A stretch of DNA of 64,000 bases from an uncultured Chloroflexia bacterium (GCA_963726245.1 CAVSBT010000038.1:1-64000), one strand, 5' to 3'; positions 46,677-54,860 are shown, counted from the first letter of the stretch. The notes: generated from the sequence alone by a model not told the origin. Numbers and translations are program-made.

Positions 46677-47783
46677 ATGCTGCGCCTGGGGCTAGTAGCG
46701 AGCGGTCCTTCGGGTGAGGCCTACGCCCGCGCCTTGACTCAGCTTCCCGAGGCAGAGCTGGCATGCGTGGCAGCAGTGCCTCCCGGCCGCAGGCTGGCGG
46801 TCCGAGCCAGCGCGCACGCCAGCCCGGCAGCCCTGACCGCCCTTCCATCATTGCAGGCTGTCGTACTGGCCAGCAGCCTGGTGGAGCCTTACCCTCTCAT
46901 CCGGCGCGCTCTCGTCCATGGCAAGCACGTTCTTGCCGCCGGCCCGTTTACGCTTACGGCCGCCCAGGTTCATCGTCTGTCCGCTCTGGCCAGGCGGCGG
47001 GGGAAGCTCCTCATGTTCGCCGAGGAGCGTATGCTGTCGCCCAGCTTCGCTCTGCTGGCGGACATGACGAAGGGCGCCACCCGGGCCAGCCTCCGCTACC
47101 TGCGGCTCCTGGACGTCCGCCCCCGCCATCGCGAGTCCGCCCGGCGTTTGGGCGCCGTCGCCGCCGAGGCGCTGGCTCTCTGCACACGGCTGGTCGAGCG
47201 GGCGCCCCATTCAGTCAGCGCCGTGGCCACCGGCCCAAGCGGAGGACCCGCGGAGGCGGCGTTCATCACCCTGGTCTATCCCGGAGGTCTGCTGGCCAGC
47301 CTGCAACTGAGCTTGAGTGAGGACTGGGAGGCCCGCCAGACGGTGGCCTCCATGGAGGGTCGCACCCTCATGCTGGACGAGCTCGACTACCGGACGCCTC
47401 TGCGCATCGTATCCACCAGCCACCGGACACGGCGAGAGGCCGCCGGCGCGGAGAGCTCAGATGGCGGGGCTTGGGAGACGGGCTCCCTCGCCCTGGCAGC
47501 CCTGCCGGGCGACCCTACGCTGGAGCAGTGCCGGGGCTTCCTGGAGGCCGTCGCCGGTAGGCGGGAAGGGCCGGTGAATGCGGAGTGGTGGGAACGGGTA
47601 GCGCAGTTATGGGAGGCAGCGGAGAGGTCGATGGCCCTGGCCGGCGCCCCGGCTTTGCTTGAGGCCGCGCCTCAGCGGTCTAGGGCTGACGACAGGACAC
47701 CACAGCTTCACGTCATTCGCGGTCGGGGGCAGACGGCGCCCTCGGCTTCGGCGAAGCCCGCGCTGACGCTAGTTACCGTTTGA
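46677..47783 (+). CDS. Degenerate Gfo/Idh/MocA-fold protein
   Basis: LRLGLVASG, ALVHGKHVLAAGP (canonical EKP lost), AAFITLVYPGG; 10 bp after the sigma stop codon. Confidence 0.65.
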   Translation: MLRLGLVASGPSGEAYARALTQLPEAELACVAAVPPGRRLAVRASAHASPAALTALPSLQAVVLASSLVEPYPLIRRALVHGKHVLAAGPFTLTAAQVHRLSALARRRGKLLMFAEERMLSPSFALLADMTKGATRASLRYLRLLDVRPRHRESARRLGAVAAEALALCTRLVERAPHSVSAVATGPSGGPAEAAFITLVYPGGLLASLQLSLSEDWEARQTVASMEGRTLMLDELDYRTPLRIVSTSHRTRREAAGAESSDGGAWETGSLALAALPGDPTLEQCRGFLEAVAGRREGPVNAEWWERVAQLWEAAERSMALAGAPALLEAAPQRSRADDRTPQLHVIRGRGQTAPSASAKPALTLVTV

Positions 47784-48062
47784 GGGCTTGGGGGAGGGGG
47801 CGCCGCCCGAGCGTCCACCGCCGGGCTTATCGAAGAAGCGGAAGTGCGTTGCCGGCGGGGCATCCTTCCCGCCGCTGTTCGGCGGGTCTTCCTCTCTGCG
47901 GGCGCCGGCGTCACGCAGTAAGAGCTCCTCGCGAAGCACCGTGATCTCCTCGGGGGCCGATATACCTAGCTTCACCCGGTCTCTTTCCACTCGCAGGACG
48001 GTGACCACGATGTTGCCCTGGATGATGATGCCCTGATCAACTTTGCGTGTGAGAATCAGCAT
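47769..48062 (-). CDS. csrA: Carbon storage regulator CsrA
   Basis: MLILTRK...IIIQGNIVVTVLRV..DRVKLGISAP..ITVLREEL. Confidence 0.93.
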   Translation of the reverse strand: MLILTRKVDQGIIIQGNIVVTVLRVERDRVKLGISAPEEITVLREELLLRDAGARREEDPPNSGGKDAPPATHFRFFDKPGGGRSGGAPSPKPSNGN

Positions 48063-48117
48063 ATTCCCTGCTCGCGGGCTATTCGATGTTAGCTGGCCTA
48101 TACCGGGCCATGGATAA

Positions 48118-48144
48118 TTATCGGCATTGGACAGCCGTAATTAG
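48118..48144 (-). promoter_or_regulatory. Putative sigma-28 promoter of csrA
   Basis: Minus strand CTAATTACGGCTGTCCAATGCCGATAA: perfect GCCGATAA -10 with a TAAT/CTAA -35 14-15 bp upstream, 56 bp before the ATG. Confidence 0.65.
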
Positions 48145-48326
48145 AGGGCTAGATGCCTCCTTCGTGTGAGCTCAGGAAAAACGCAGGAAGTTCGCCGCGC
48201 CGCCACGAAAATTCCTCCTTCTTGTTGGCCCGCTCCGCTTGACTCCGGCGCCGGAAATGTGAAGAATATTGCCGGACGCCTGAGGCCGGACAATAGCTGC
48301 GAGAAAGGAGTAACAAGAAAGATATA

Positions 48327-48346
48327 ACCAGTTAAACGTTACTGGT
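48327..48346. promoter_or_regulatory. Palindromic operator-like site upstream of the wHTH gene
   Basis: ACCAGT-TAAACGTT-ACTGGT in AT-rich intergenic DNA. Confidence 0.4.
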
Positions 48347-48392
48347 ATTCTACTTCCTTTGGTGTCATTGTCAAGCCGGGTGGAGGGGGAAA

Positions 48393-48713
48393 ATGGCTCA
48401 TTGGGATTTCCTTACCAATCACGCCCTCGTACTCATCCACGTCATCGACCACCCACGCTCAACCCTACGCGACATCGCTAGCGCCGTCGGCATAACGGAG
48501 AGAGCCACCCTCTCAATCCTTCGCGCCCTGGAAGAGGATGGTATCATCTCGCGCCAGAAGGAGGGACGGCGCAACCGCTACTGGGTGAACATCGGAGCCC
48601 TGCTGCAACACCGCCGGCAAGGCCCCTACAGCGTGGAGGAGATCGCTAACGCCCTTCTGCGGCTCGCTCAGAGGGTCGCCGAAAGCGTAGGTGCTCGGAC
48701 GGGCGAGGACTGA
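48393..48713 (+). CDS. Winged helix-turn-helix DNA-binding protein (MarR/AsnC-like)
   Basis: WDFLTNHALVL, TLRDIASAVGITERA, LEEDGIISRQKEGRRNRY. Confidence 0.88.
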   Translation: MAHWDFLTNHALVLIHVIDHPRSTLRDIASAVGITERATLSILRALEEDGIISRQKEGRRNRYWVNIGALLQHRRQGPYSVEEIANALLRLAQRVAESVGARTGED

Positions 48714-48728
48714 AAGGTCTGTTGGGGC

Positions 48729-49097
48729 TCAGGCGCTCTTGGCGCTGCCGAGGATGCTTTCCACTGTCGCTCGCAATGCGGCGGGACTGAACGGCTTCTG
48801 AACGATGCCGTCGGCTCCGACGCGCCGGGCATCCGACTCCTGCGCCAGCGCCGTCAGAAGAAGGATGGGCATGCTGGCCATCGACGCCTCTGCCTTCAGC
48901 CTCTGGCAAACGGCGAAGCCGTTCAAACGTGGCATCGCCACGTCCAACAGCACCAGATCAGGCTGATGCTGGCGGGCCATCTCTATGGCCTCGGGCCCAT
49001 CGGCTGCCTCCAGGGTGCGTATGCCCGGGCCATCCAGGATGGCATTCACCAGGGTCCGGATGGCGGGCTCGTCATCTGCGACCAGGACCGTTTTCAT
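48729..49097 (-). CDS. Single-domain response regulator
   Basis: VLVADDE, PDLVLLDVAMP, LLTA, QKPFSP. Confidence 0.92.
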   Translation of the reverse strand: MKTVLVADDEPAIRTLVNAILDGPGIRTLEAADGPEAIEMARQHQPDLVLLDVAMPRLNGFAVCQRLKAEASMASMPILLLTALAQESDARRVGADGIVQKPFSPAALRATVESILGSAKSA

Positions 49098-50509
49098 GCT
49101 ATCGCTCCTGAGGTGAGAGCAGCTCCCGAGGTGGAGCAGGAGGGAGGCTCCAGGGGCAGACAGAAGCCGAAGGTGCTTCCCTTCCCCGGACAGCTCTCCA
49201 CCCACATCAGCCCGCCGTGCCACTCCACCAGCCGGCGCGCGATGGTCAGGCCCAGGCCGGCGCCGCTTGACTTGCCGGACGGGCCGGCGGCGCCTTCTCC
49301 GTCCGGCTGGGCGGCTCGATAGAAGGGCTGGAAGATCCTCGCCTGGTCCTCCTGAGAGATGCCCACCCCCCGGTCTCGGACGGCGATGCTCGCCCCGGCC
49401 GGGCAGGGAGCACCCTCTGGCCCCGGCCGGCCGAGATGCAGCGTGGAGGGCCGGGCCAGACAACCGGGCGCCACCTCGATGCGGATCGGCGCGCCAGGTG
49501 GGGAGTAGTTGACGGCATTGCTCACCAGGTTGGCCAGCACCTGGGTTAGCTTGTACAGGTCTGCTATCGGGCGAGGCACGCCGGCTTGAAAGCGGATGGA
49601 GAAGCGTGAACGCCTGTGCTCATTGCCCCAGAGACTGACGACATACTCCGCTACCAGTCGAAGGTTGACGGGCTCCAGGTTCAGTTTGACGCGGCCCGAC
49701 TCCAGGCGTGTCAGGTCCAGCAGCTCGCCGATGAGGGAGCCCAGACGCACCGATTCCTGGTTGATTAGGCAGATCCAGCTCTTCTGCACGTCCGCGCTCA
49801 CCTCCCGCGAGAGGAGGAGCTCGCTGAAGCCCTGTAGGGCGGTGAGGGGCGTCCTTATTTCGTGGGAGGCGACGGAGACGAACTCCTGGGCTCGGCGCCC
49901 TTGCTCGGCCGCGGCCTCCATCACCCGCAGCTTCTCGAGGGCCATAGAGGTCTGGTCGGCCAGGCCCTGGAGAAGGTCGGTCTGGTCAGGGGAGAAAGGG
50001 AATCCAACCCGCCGGCCGACCACCAGCACGCCCAGGCCCTGGCTCGCCGAGCGGATGGGCGCTGCCAGCAGCGTACCGGCGGTCCGGGCGCCGTTGAAGC
50101 AGGAGGGGAGATCATCCAGGAGGGGATGCGGCGCCTCCACCATAAGGGGAGCGGTCGCCTCGAGGGCGGCGTCGGCGAAGGCGATGGTGGGCGACTCTGC
50201 GGCGTCGAAGACGGCCGTCGAGCGGCCGACGCGCAGGGCGCGGCAGGCAGGCCGCCCGTCGTCCGTGCGGACCAGGAAGAGGGCCGCCAGGTCCACTCTT
50301 ACGACCGCACAGACGGCTGATAGTACAGCTTCATAGAGGCTCTCCGGCGTGGTGGCGGCGAAAACCTGAACCGCGCTGCGGTACATCGCCTGGGCGCGGG
50401 CGGTCAGCCTGACCAGCTCGATGCGCTCTCGCCAGGGCTGGCTGTCAGCGTCCGGCGAAAGCGGCTCGAGGGGCCGGAGTGCGAGAATGGAGGAGGCCTT
50501 CGCACTCAA
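49094..50509 (-). CDS. GAF-domain sensor histidine kinase (no obvious TM helices)
   Basis: SHEIRTPL, NLVSNAVNYS, DRGVGI, FQPFYR, GAGLGL; N-terminal GAF. Confidence 0.9.
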   Translation of the reverse strand: MSAKASSILALRPLEPLSPDADSQPWRERIELVRLTARAQAMYRSAVQVFAATTPESLYEAVLSAVCAVVRVDLAALFLVRTDDGRPACRALRVGRSTAVFDAAESPTIAFADAALEATAPLMVEAPHPLLDDLPSCFNGARTAGTLLAAPIRSASQGLGVLVVGRRVGFPFSPDQTDLLQGLADQTSMALEKLRVMEAAAEQGRRAQEFVSVASHEIRTPLTALQGFSELLLSREVSADVQKSWICLINQESVRLGSLIGELLDLTRLESGRVKLNLEPVNLRLVAEYVVSLWGNEHRRSRFSIRFQAGVPRPIADLYKLTQVLANLVSNAVNYSPPGAPIRIEVAPGCLARPSTLHLGRPGPEGAPCPAGASIAVRDRGVGISQEDQARIFQPFYRAAQPDGEGAAGPSGKSSGAGLGLTIARRLVEWHGGLMWVESCPGKGSTFGFCLPLEPPSCSTSGAALTSGAIA

Positions 50510-50567
50510 GTGGATTCACCTTCGGTGGCAGGCCTGACGTCCATGGCCAGGCTGGCAGGTCCGCGTC

Positions 50568-50894
50568 CTACCGCTCACGCCGGTGGGCGCGTTCGCTGAG
50601 ATCGCCCGTCGTGCGGTGGGACTGCATTCCGCTCTGAGCGGAGAGGCGACGGATGACGCCCTGGGCCACGAAGCCCACGCCAAGCTCCACGCAGTCGCGG
50701 TAGGTGGTGAAGATGGAGCGGTCGAGGAGCCACAAGCCCTGTTCGTTGAGGTCTTCATGATGATCGGTTCGGAGTCGGAGGAGGCGGCGCAAGCGTCCCA
50801 GGTACGCGTTCTGCACCGCGGACACGTCATCCTCGTCCCTGAGGTCATCCTGGCAAGCGCTCAGCTCTACAGGATCACGAGCGAACTCGATCAC
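50568..50894 (-). CDS. Small helical hypothetical protein
   Basis: AYLGRLRRLLRLR...LNEQGLWLLDRSIFTTYRDCVELG; co-oriented between the response regulator and the kinase; GAGGG RBS. Confidence 0.7.
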   Translation of the reverse strand: MIEFARDPVELSACQDDLRDEDDVSAVQNAYLGRLRRLLRLRTDHHEDLNEQGLWLLDRSIFTTYRDCVELGVGFVAQGVIRRLSAQSGMQSHRTTGDLSERAHRRER

Positions 50895-50951
50895 GGTTAG
50901 GTCCCTCTTCCCGTCCTGCCTTCCTTGCCGAAAGGCAGTGCTCTGTCTCTC

Positions 50952-51734
50952 TTAGCCGGCCTGGCGCTCTTCGCCCGGCTCCGGCGCGGGCGCTACATCG
51001 ATGCCGACCAGCCCCTTCTGAAGGGCATAGCGAATAAGGTCGGTGCGCGTCTGGGCGTGGAGCTTGCTCATGATGTGGGCCTTGTGAGCCTCCACCGTCT
51101 TGACGCTGATGTAGAGCTCGTGGGCTATGCGCTGGTTGGAGTAGCCCTCGGCGATTAGCTGGAGGACCTCGCGCTCACGGCTGGTGAGCAGGCCATAACC
51201 TGACCTGCCCTCTTCGCTCCTGGCCTGGAGGAGGTACTCGCCGGCTGTGCCTGCATCGGAGATCGACGCGCTAAAGTAGGTGTTTCCCCGGTGGACGGCT
51301 TGGATGCCGAGGATAAGCTCGGCGGCGTCGGACTTCTTGACTATGTACCCGCAGGCGCCGGCGCGGAGGGCAGCCACTATTTGCTCGTCCTCCATGTAGC
51401 CGGTCAGGATGAGCACCTTGGTCTTGGGGAGGCGCCGGCGAATCTGGCGTGTGGCCTCCAGTCCGTTGAGGCCGGGCATCACCATGTCCATCAGGACAAC
51501 ATCGGGGAGCAGCTTCTCGGCTGTTTCCATGGCTTCGCGGCCGTTGCTGGCGTCGCCCACCACCTCGATCTCCTGGTGCACTTCCAGGAGAAGGCGGAGG
51601 GCCTGACGGAGAACGGCGTGGTCGTCGACGATGAGGACGCGGATCTTGCCGCTGGAGCCGCGGCTCCAGCCGCCGGCCTCGCTGGGTCGACGATTACGGT
51701 CCGCCATCTCCTCTGAGGATGCAGGCTCCTTCAT
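50952..51734 (-). CDS. NarL/LuxR family DNA-binding response regulator
   Basis: [50 protein letters not shown]. Confidence 0.94.
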   Translation of the reverse strand: MKEPASSEEMADRNRRPSEAGGWSRGSSGKIRVLIVDDHAVLRQALRLLLEVHQEIEVVGDASNGREAMETAEKLLPDVVLMDMVMPGLNGLEATRQIRRRLPKTKVLILTGYMEDEQIVAALRAGACGYIVKKSDAAELILGIQAVHRGNTYFSASISDAGTAGEYLLQARSEEGRSGYGLLTSREREVLQLIAEGYSNQRIAHELYISVKTVEAHKAHIMSKLHAQTRTDLIRYALQKGLVGIDVAPAPEPGEERQAG

Positions 51735-51972
51735 AAGGGGCGCTCCTTGCCTTCCGCTCTCAGGGGCAGGGCCCTCAAGCCTAGAAGCCGGTCGCCAACC
51801 CACTGTGGCGACTCTTCGCCTGGAAGTTTCCCCACGCCATTGCTAGCCAGCAGTCCGCCCGGCGTTGCGTGATCCGCTCTTCCCAGCCAAGAGCGGCCCA
51901 AAGCCTACCATAACCTTCCAATTACCGGCAAGGATGTTCGCAACTCCGGGGCCAGGATGCCAGGAATTATCA

Positions 51973-52188
51973 CTACTCCTCCTGAACCTGCCGCTCTAGG
52001 AGATCCAGGGGGTGTCTTTCGCTTGCCGACAGGTCTTGGTGATCCAGGAAGCCGTCCATGCCCTCCAGCCCAGCCGGATACTCCCTTGTAGCGCGGCAGT
52101 TCTTGCAGATGCCATGAATGACACCGCGCTTCGGCCCGCTGAGGAGCCAGTGATGACGGCAACTTACGGCGCTGGTCTGAATCACCAC
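51973..52188 (-). CDS. Small CxHHW-CxxC Zn-finger-like protein
   Basis: CRHHWLL...GICKNCRATREY; GGAGG RBS before GTG 52188. Confidence 0.72.
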   Translation of the reverse strand: MVIQTSAVSCRHHWLLSGPKRGVIHGICKNCRATREYPAGLEGMDGFLDHQDLSASERHPLDLLERQVQEE

Positions 52189-52261
52189 GGAACCTCCTTG
52201 CTCCGGACCTGTCGGCACCTATCTCGGCTGCCACCGTGACAGGCGGGTGCATTCTAGTGCC

Positions 52262-52384
52262 GTTGGAGAACCCTGTTGTATTGGGGAAAACCCTTATGCG
52301 GGGCTGGGGATACCCCTAATTCGCAAGGCAGATAGGGCCATCTTGCTTAGGGAGAATCACGGCTTGTGGGGGTATAGCCCGCAT
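52262..52384. promoter_or_regulatory. Array of ~22 bp-phased GGGGA-N-CCC boxes upstream of the Zn-finger/NarL/kinase operon
   Basis: TTGGAGAACCCT, ATTGGGGAAAACCCTTAT, CTGGGGATACCCCTAAT, TTAGGGAGAATCAC, GTGGGGGTATAGCCCGCAT. Confidence 0.6.
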
Positions 52385-52415
52385 GCTCTCTCTGAAGGGC
52401 GATGGAAGGTGGACC

Positions 52416-52802
52416 CTAGCCAGATGGCCGCAGGCTTTGCTCTGCCGCCGCTCGCTGCAGACAGAAACGCGTGTAGGAGTCGTAGGCGTTGCTGACAGCG
52501 GTCATGATGGCCCGCTGAGGCGGCCCCACGTAGCGCCTTTGGAGGGCGTCCAAGAGGACCCCCACGCTGGCATCGAGGTCGCCGTTCATCAGGATGTCGC
52601 GTACCAGGACCTCGGCACGGGGCAGGACGCCGCGTGTAGCGACCTCCACCGCCTGGTGGCGGCGCACGTCGACCTCGATCTCCACGGACACAACGGAGGG
52701 GGCGCCCACAGGCGCCAAGCTTTGGGGAAGGCGGGCATGGCCTACGAATATTACCGTGCCCTCTTCTTTGTCCTGTAATCCGTCGCCGCCATGTTGCCTC
52801 AT
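52416..52802 (-). CDS. DUF3870-like protein
   Basis: TVIFVGHARLPQ...VEIEVD...RRYVGPPQRAIMTAV; GGAGG RBS; family assignment from memory. Confidence 0.65.
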   Translation of the reverse strand: MRQHGGDGLQDKEEGTVIFVGHARLPQSLAPVGAPSVVSVEIEVDVRRHQAVEVATRGVLPRAEVLVRDILMNGDLDASVGVLLDALQRRYVGPPQRAIMTAVSNAYDSYTRFCLQRAAAEQSLRPSG

Positions 52803-52942
52803 GTCTGACCTCCCTGTACTGCTGCGGGCGGAATGCGTCAGGCGGGGGAAGAGCCTCAGCCAGAGCCAAACGACACCGGCCGCCCACGCTGCCCGCGGCG
52901 GCTACTGGCATGGTAGCCACGACTGTTACGCTTTCTCAAGAC

Positions 52943-52986
52943 AAGATCGTGAAAGATTCCGTGAAAGGTAAGATTACGTGAAAGGT
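52943..52986. repeat. Tandem 17 bp direct repeat AAGATT(C/A)CGTGAAAGGT plus a partial third copy
   Basis: 52953-52969 and 52970-52986 differ at one base. Confidence 0.7.
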
Positions 52987-53136
52987 GAGTAGCGAACGCT
53001 ATTCACGGGGTGGGGTGGGGTGGGGCGGGCCTTGTTGCTTCCTGCCTGTTGCATGTTCCAAGCAACAAGGAACAGGCTAACAAACGCCTACCAGCGCCAT
53101 ATGGGCTGGTCCTGCGTCAGGCCGTTGAGTCGATTC

Positions 53137-53343
53137 CTACAGGCGGAGCTTGCCGTGTGAAGGCTGGCGCCTGCGCTGACGGGTGTGGCCGTCTTCCTGG
53201 TCAAGGAGTTCGATGGCCGGGGGCGATACTGCCTCATGTACGTAGCCACAGCAAAGACACGTGCTGTAGACGCCGTACCAGTCTCTCTCCATGATCATGG
53301 ACCCCCGACAGCGGGGGCAGTTACGTGGCAGGGTGCCCTGCAT
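53137..53343 (-). CDS. Small Zn-ribbon protein with basic tail
   Basis: CPRCRGSM...CLCCGY, RQRRRQPSHGKLRL; AGGAGG RBS. Confidence 0.78.
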   Translation of the reverse strand: MQGTLPRNCPRCRGSMIMERDWYGVYSTCLCCGYVHEAVSPPAIELLDQEDGHTRQRRRQPSHGKLRL

Positions 53344-53407
53344 GTTTGACCTCCTGTTAAGGCGCAGAAACCCCCCGTCCAGATACATGCTGGCCAGATG
53401 CCTGTTC

Positions 53408-53515
53408 GCTGCCTCCGGGATTGACTGAGGGGTTCGGGCAGAAACCTCGCCCTACTCAATCGGGAGATTCACCCTAGCCGGGTGGTTCCCCGTCCCCAAC
53501 AGGGTTCCGGCAGAG
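53408..53515 (-). ncRNA. c-di-AMP (ydaO/yuaA-type) riboswitch, variant
   Basis: Minus strand CTGCCGGAACCC..GGGACGGGGAACCA..GGGTGAATCTC..GAGTAGGGC..GCCCGAACCCCTCAGTCAATCCCGGAGGCAG follows the ydaO block order. Confidence 0.8.
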
Positions 53516-53582
53516 CAGCTCTGGCCCCCCTCCCATCCGCCAAAACGCCTGTGCCAGCGCTGTCCTTTGTGATTTCGCCAAC

Positions 53583-53611
53583 AGGTTAGAATACTGCTCG
53601 GAGCTTGTCAA
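53583..53611 (-). promoter_or_regulatory. Sigma-70 type promoter driving the riboswitch leader
   Basis: TTGACA-17 bp-TAACCT on the minus strand. Confidence 0.65.
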
Positions 53612-53677
53612 CCCCCACTGTAAAGGAATATCCAGAAAATGATGCAGGCCCATCAGGGGCGCCCGCGGAGAAGTTGC

Positions 53678-54076
53678 CTAGCCAGCGCTTATCTTGTCAA
53701 TGGCCCGGCGCAGCCGCGCCTCCGCCTCCTGCGCCACTTCGCGCAGGGCAGGGTTATCCAGCACGCCCAACAGGCCCAGTGGGTCGACAGCGGCCACCAC
53801 GCTGCCGTCGCCCTCCTCGTAGACTATGACGTTGCAGGGCAGGAGCAGCCCTACGGAGGGGTCTGCCTCCAGAGCGCGGTGCGCCAGGGGAGGGTTGCAG
53901 GCCCCCAGAATAACGTAGCGCCGGAAGTCCTTGTCCAGCTTCGCCTTCAGCGTGGCCCTAACGTCGATCTCGGTGAGAACTCCGAAGCCTTCCTCCTGGA
54001 GAGCGGCTCGGGCCGCCTGCACCGCCTGCTCGTAGTCAAGCTTGAGCCTTGTCCGAAAGCCGATCTCCTTGGTCAC
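53678..54076 (-). CDS. DUF302 domain protein
   Basis: EGFGVLTEIDV, YVILGACNP, GLLLPCNVIV. Confidence 0.9.
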   Translation of the reverse strand: MTKEIGFRTRLKLDYEQAVQAARAALQEEGFGVLTEIDVRATLKAKLDKDFRRYVILGACNPPLAHRALEADPSVGLLLPCNVIVYEEGDGSVVAAVDPLGLLGVLDNPALREVAQEAEARLRRAIDKISAG

Positions 54077-54079
54077 TCC

Positions 54080-54529
54080 TCACCTCCCGCCGCTGCGTCG
54101 CCGGCCCCAGGCGAACCGGATGCAGAACGCTCCGGCCGTCGCCGCTGCCCCGCCGCCGACCAGCAGCCAAACCACCGGCATCCAGTGGAAAGCGCTATCC
54201 TCTGGCCCACTGCCCGTGCTCGGCAGCGCCGCGACCTCCGGTGCGGTCGACGATGGCAAAGGTAGCTGCGCCACCTCGCCGATAACCGGCAACTCTATGT
54301 AGGATGCGTGCTCGCTGTCCCTGTACATGCGTACGCCGTCGCGCATAGTGACGTACTGGGAGGTGACGGCGAAGCTCTTGTATTCGGGAGAGGTGTAGCC
54401 GGAGTACTGACCGGGGGCGCTGATCTTCTGGTCGGTCTGGGGCTGGGCGTGACCGGTGGTCACGGTAAGGCCGAGAAGGACCATGAGGAGGCCAAAGAGC
54501 AGGTAGAATCGACGTGTAGGCCCCTTCAT
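54080..54529 (-). pseudogene. Internally deleted CocE/NonD-family hydrolase with signal peptide and LPxTG-like anchor
   Basis: SQYVTMRDGVR joined directly to MYRDSEHASYIELPVI, then LPSTG, a TM helix and RRR. Confidence 0.6.
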
Positions 54530-54860
54530 GGCGTGTCCTCCTCAATCGCTGGTGCAATCGCGCGGGGAAACCGGCGACATGCTAGGCGGCTGGTCGTGCG
54601 ACTGTCAAGCGCGAGCGCTTTCCTCAAGGGCCGCTGGGGCTGGCGCAAGCTGGGGCAGGCCCATCATGCCCTGCCCTTGCCACCGGCGGCCCATTCCGCA
54701 CACTGGGCTTGTCGGACGGGCGGCGAGTGGCCCTCTGGGCGCAAAGGGGTTCATTTGGCTGTTGCGCCATCGGTCTTGATTGACTAGATTAGAGTCTTGT
54801 GGGTGTCTGTGACCGCAATACAGATCGCAGTACAGATCAAAGAGAAGGAGGTCTCTTACC

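Noticed and set aside
45878-48062. Calling the sigma fliA within a flagellar locus
   Set aside because: No flagellar or chemotaxis genes nearby; the family is clear but orthology is not, so no gene symbol is given
52943-52986. Short repeats as a CRISPR array
   Set aside because: No spacers, too short, and no cas genes anywhere in the window
54814-54837. 12 bp tandem repeat CGCA(A/G)TACAGAT before the SDR gene
   Set aside because: Only two copies, no nearby regulator and no second occurrence, so too weak to call an operator
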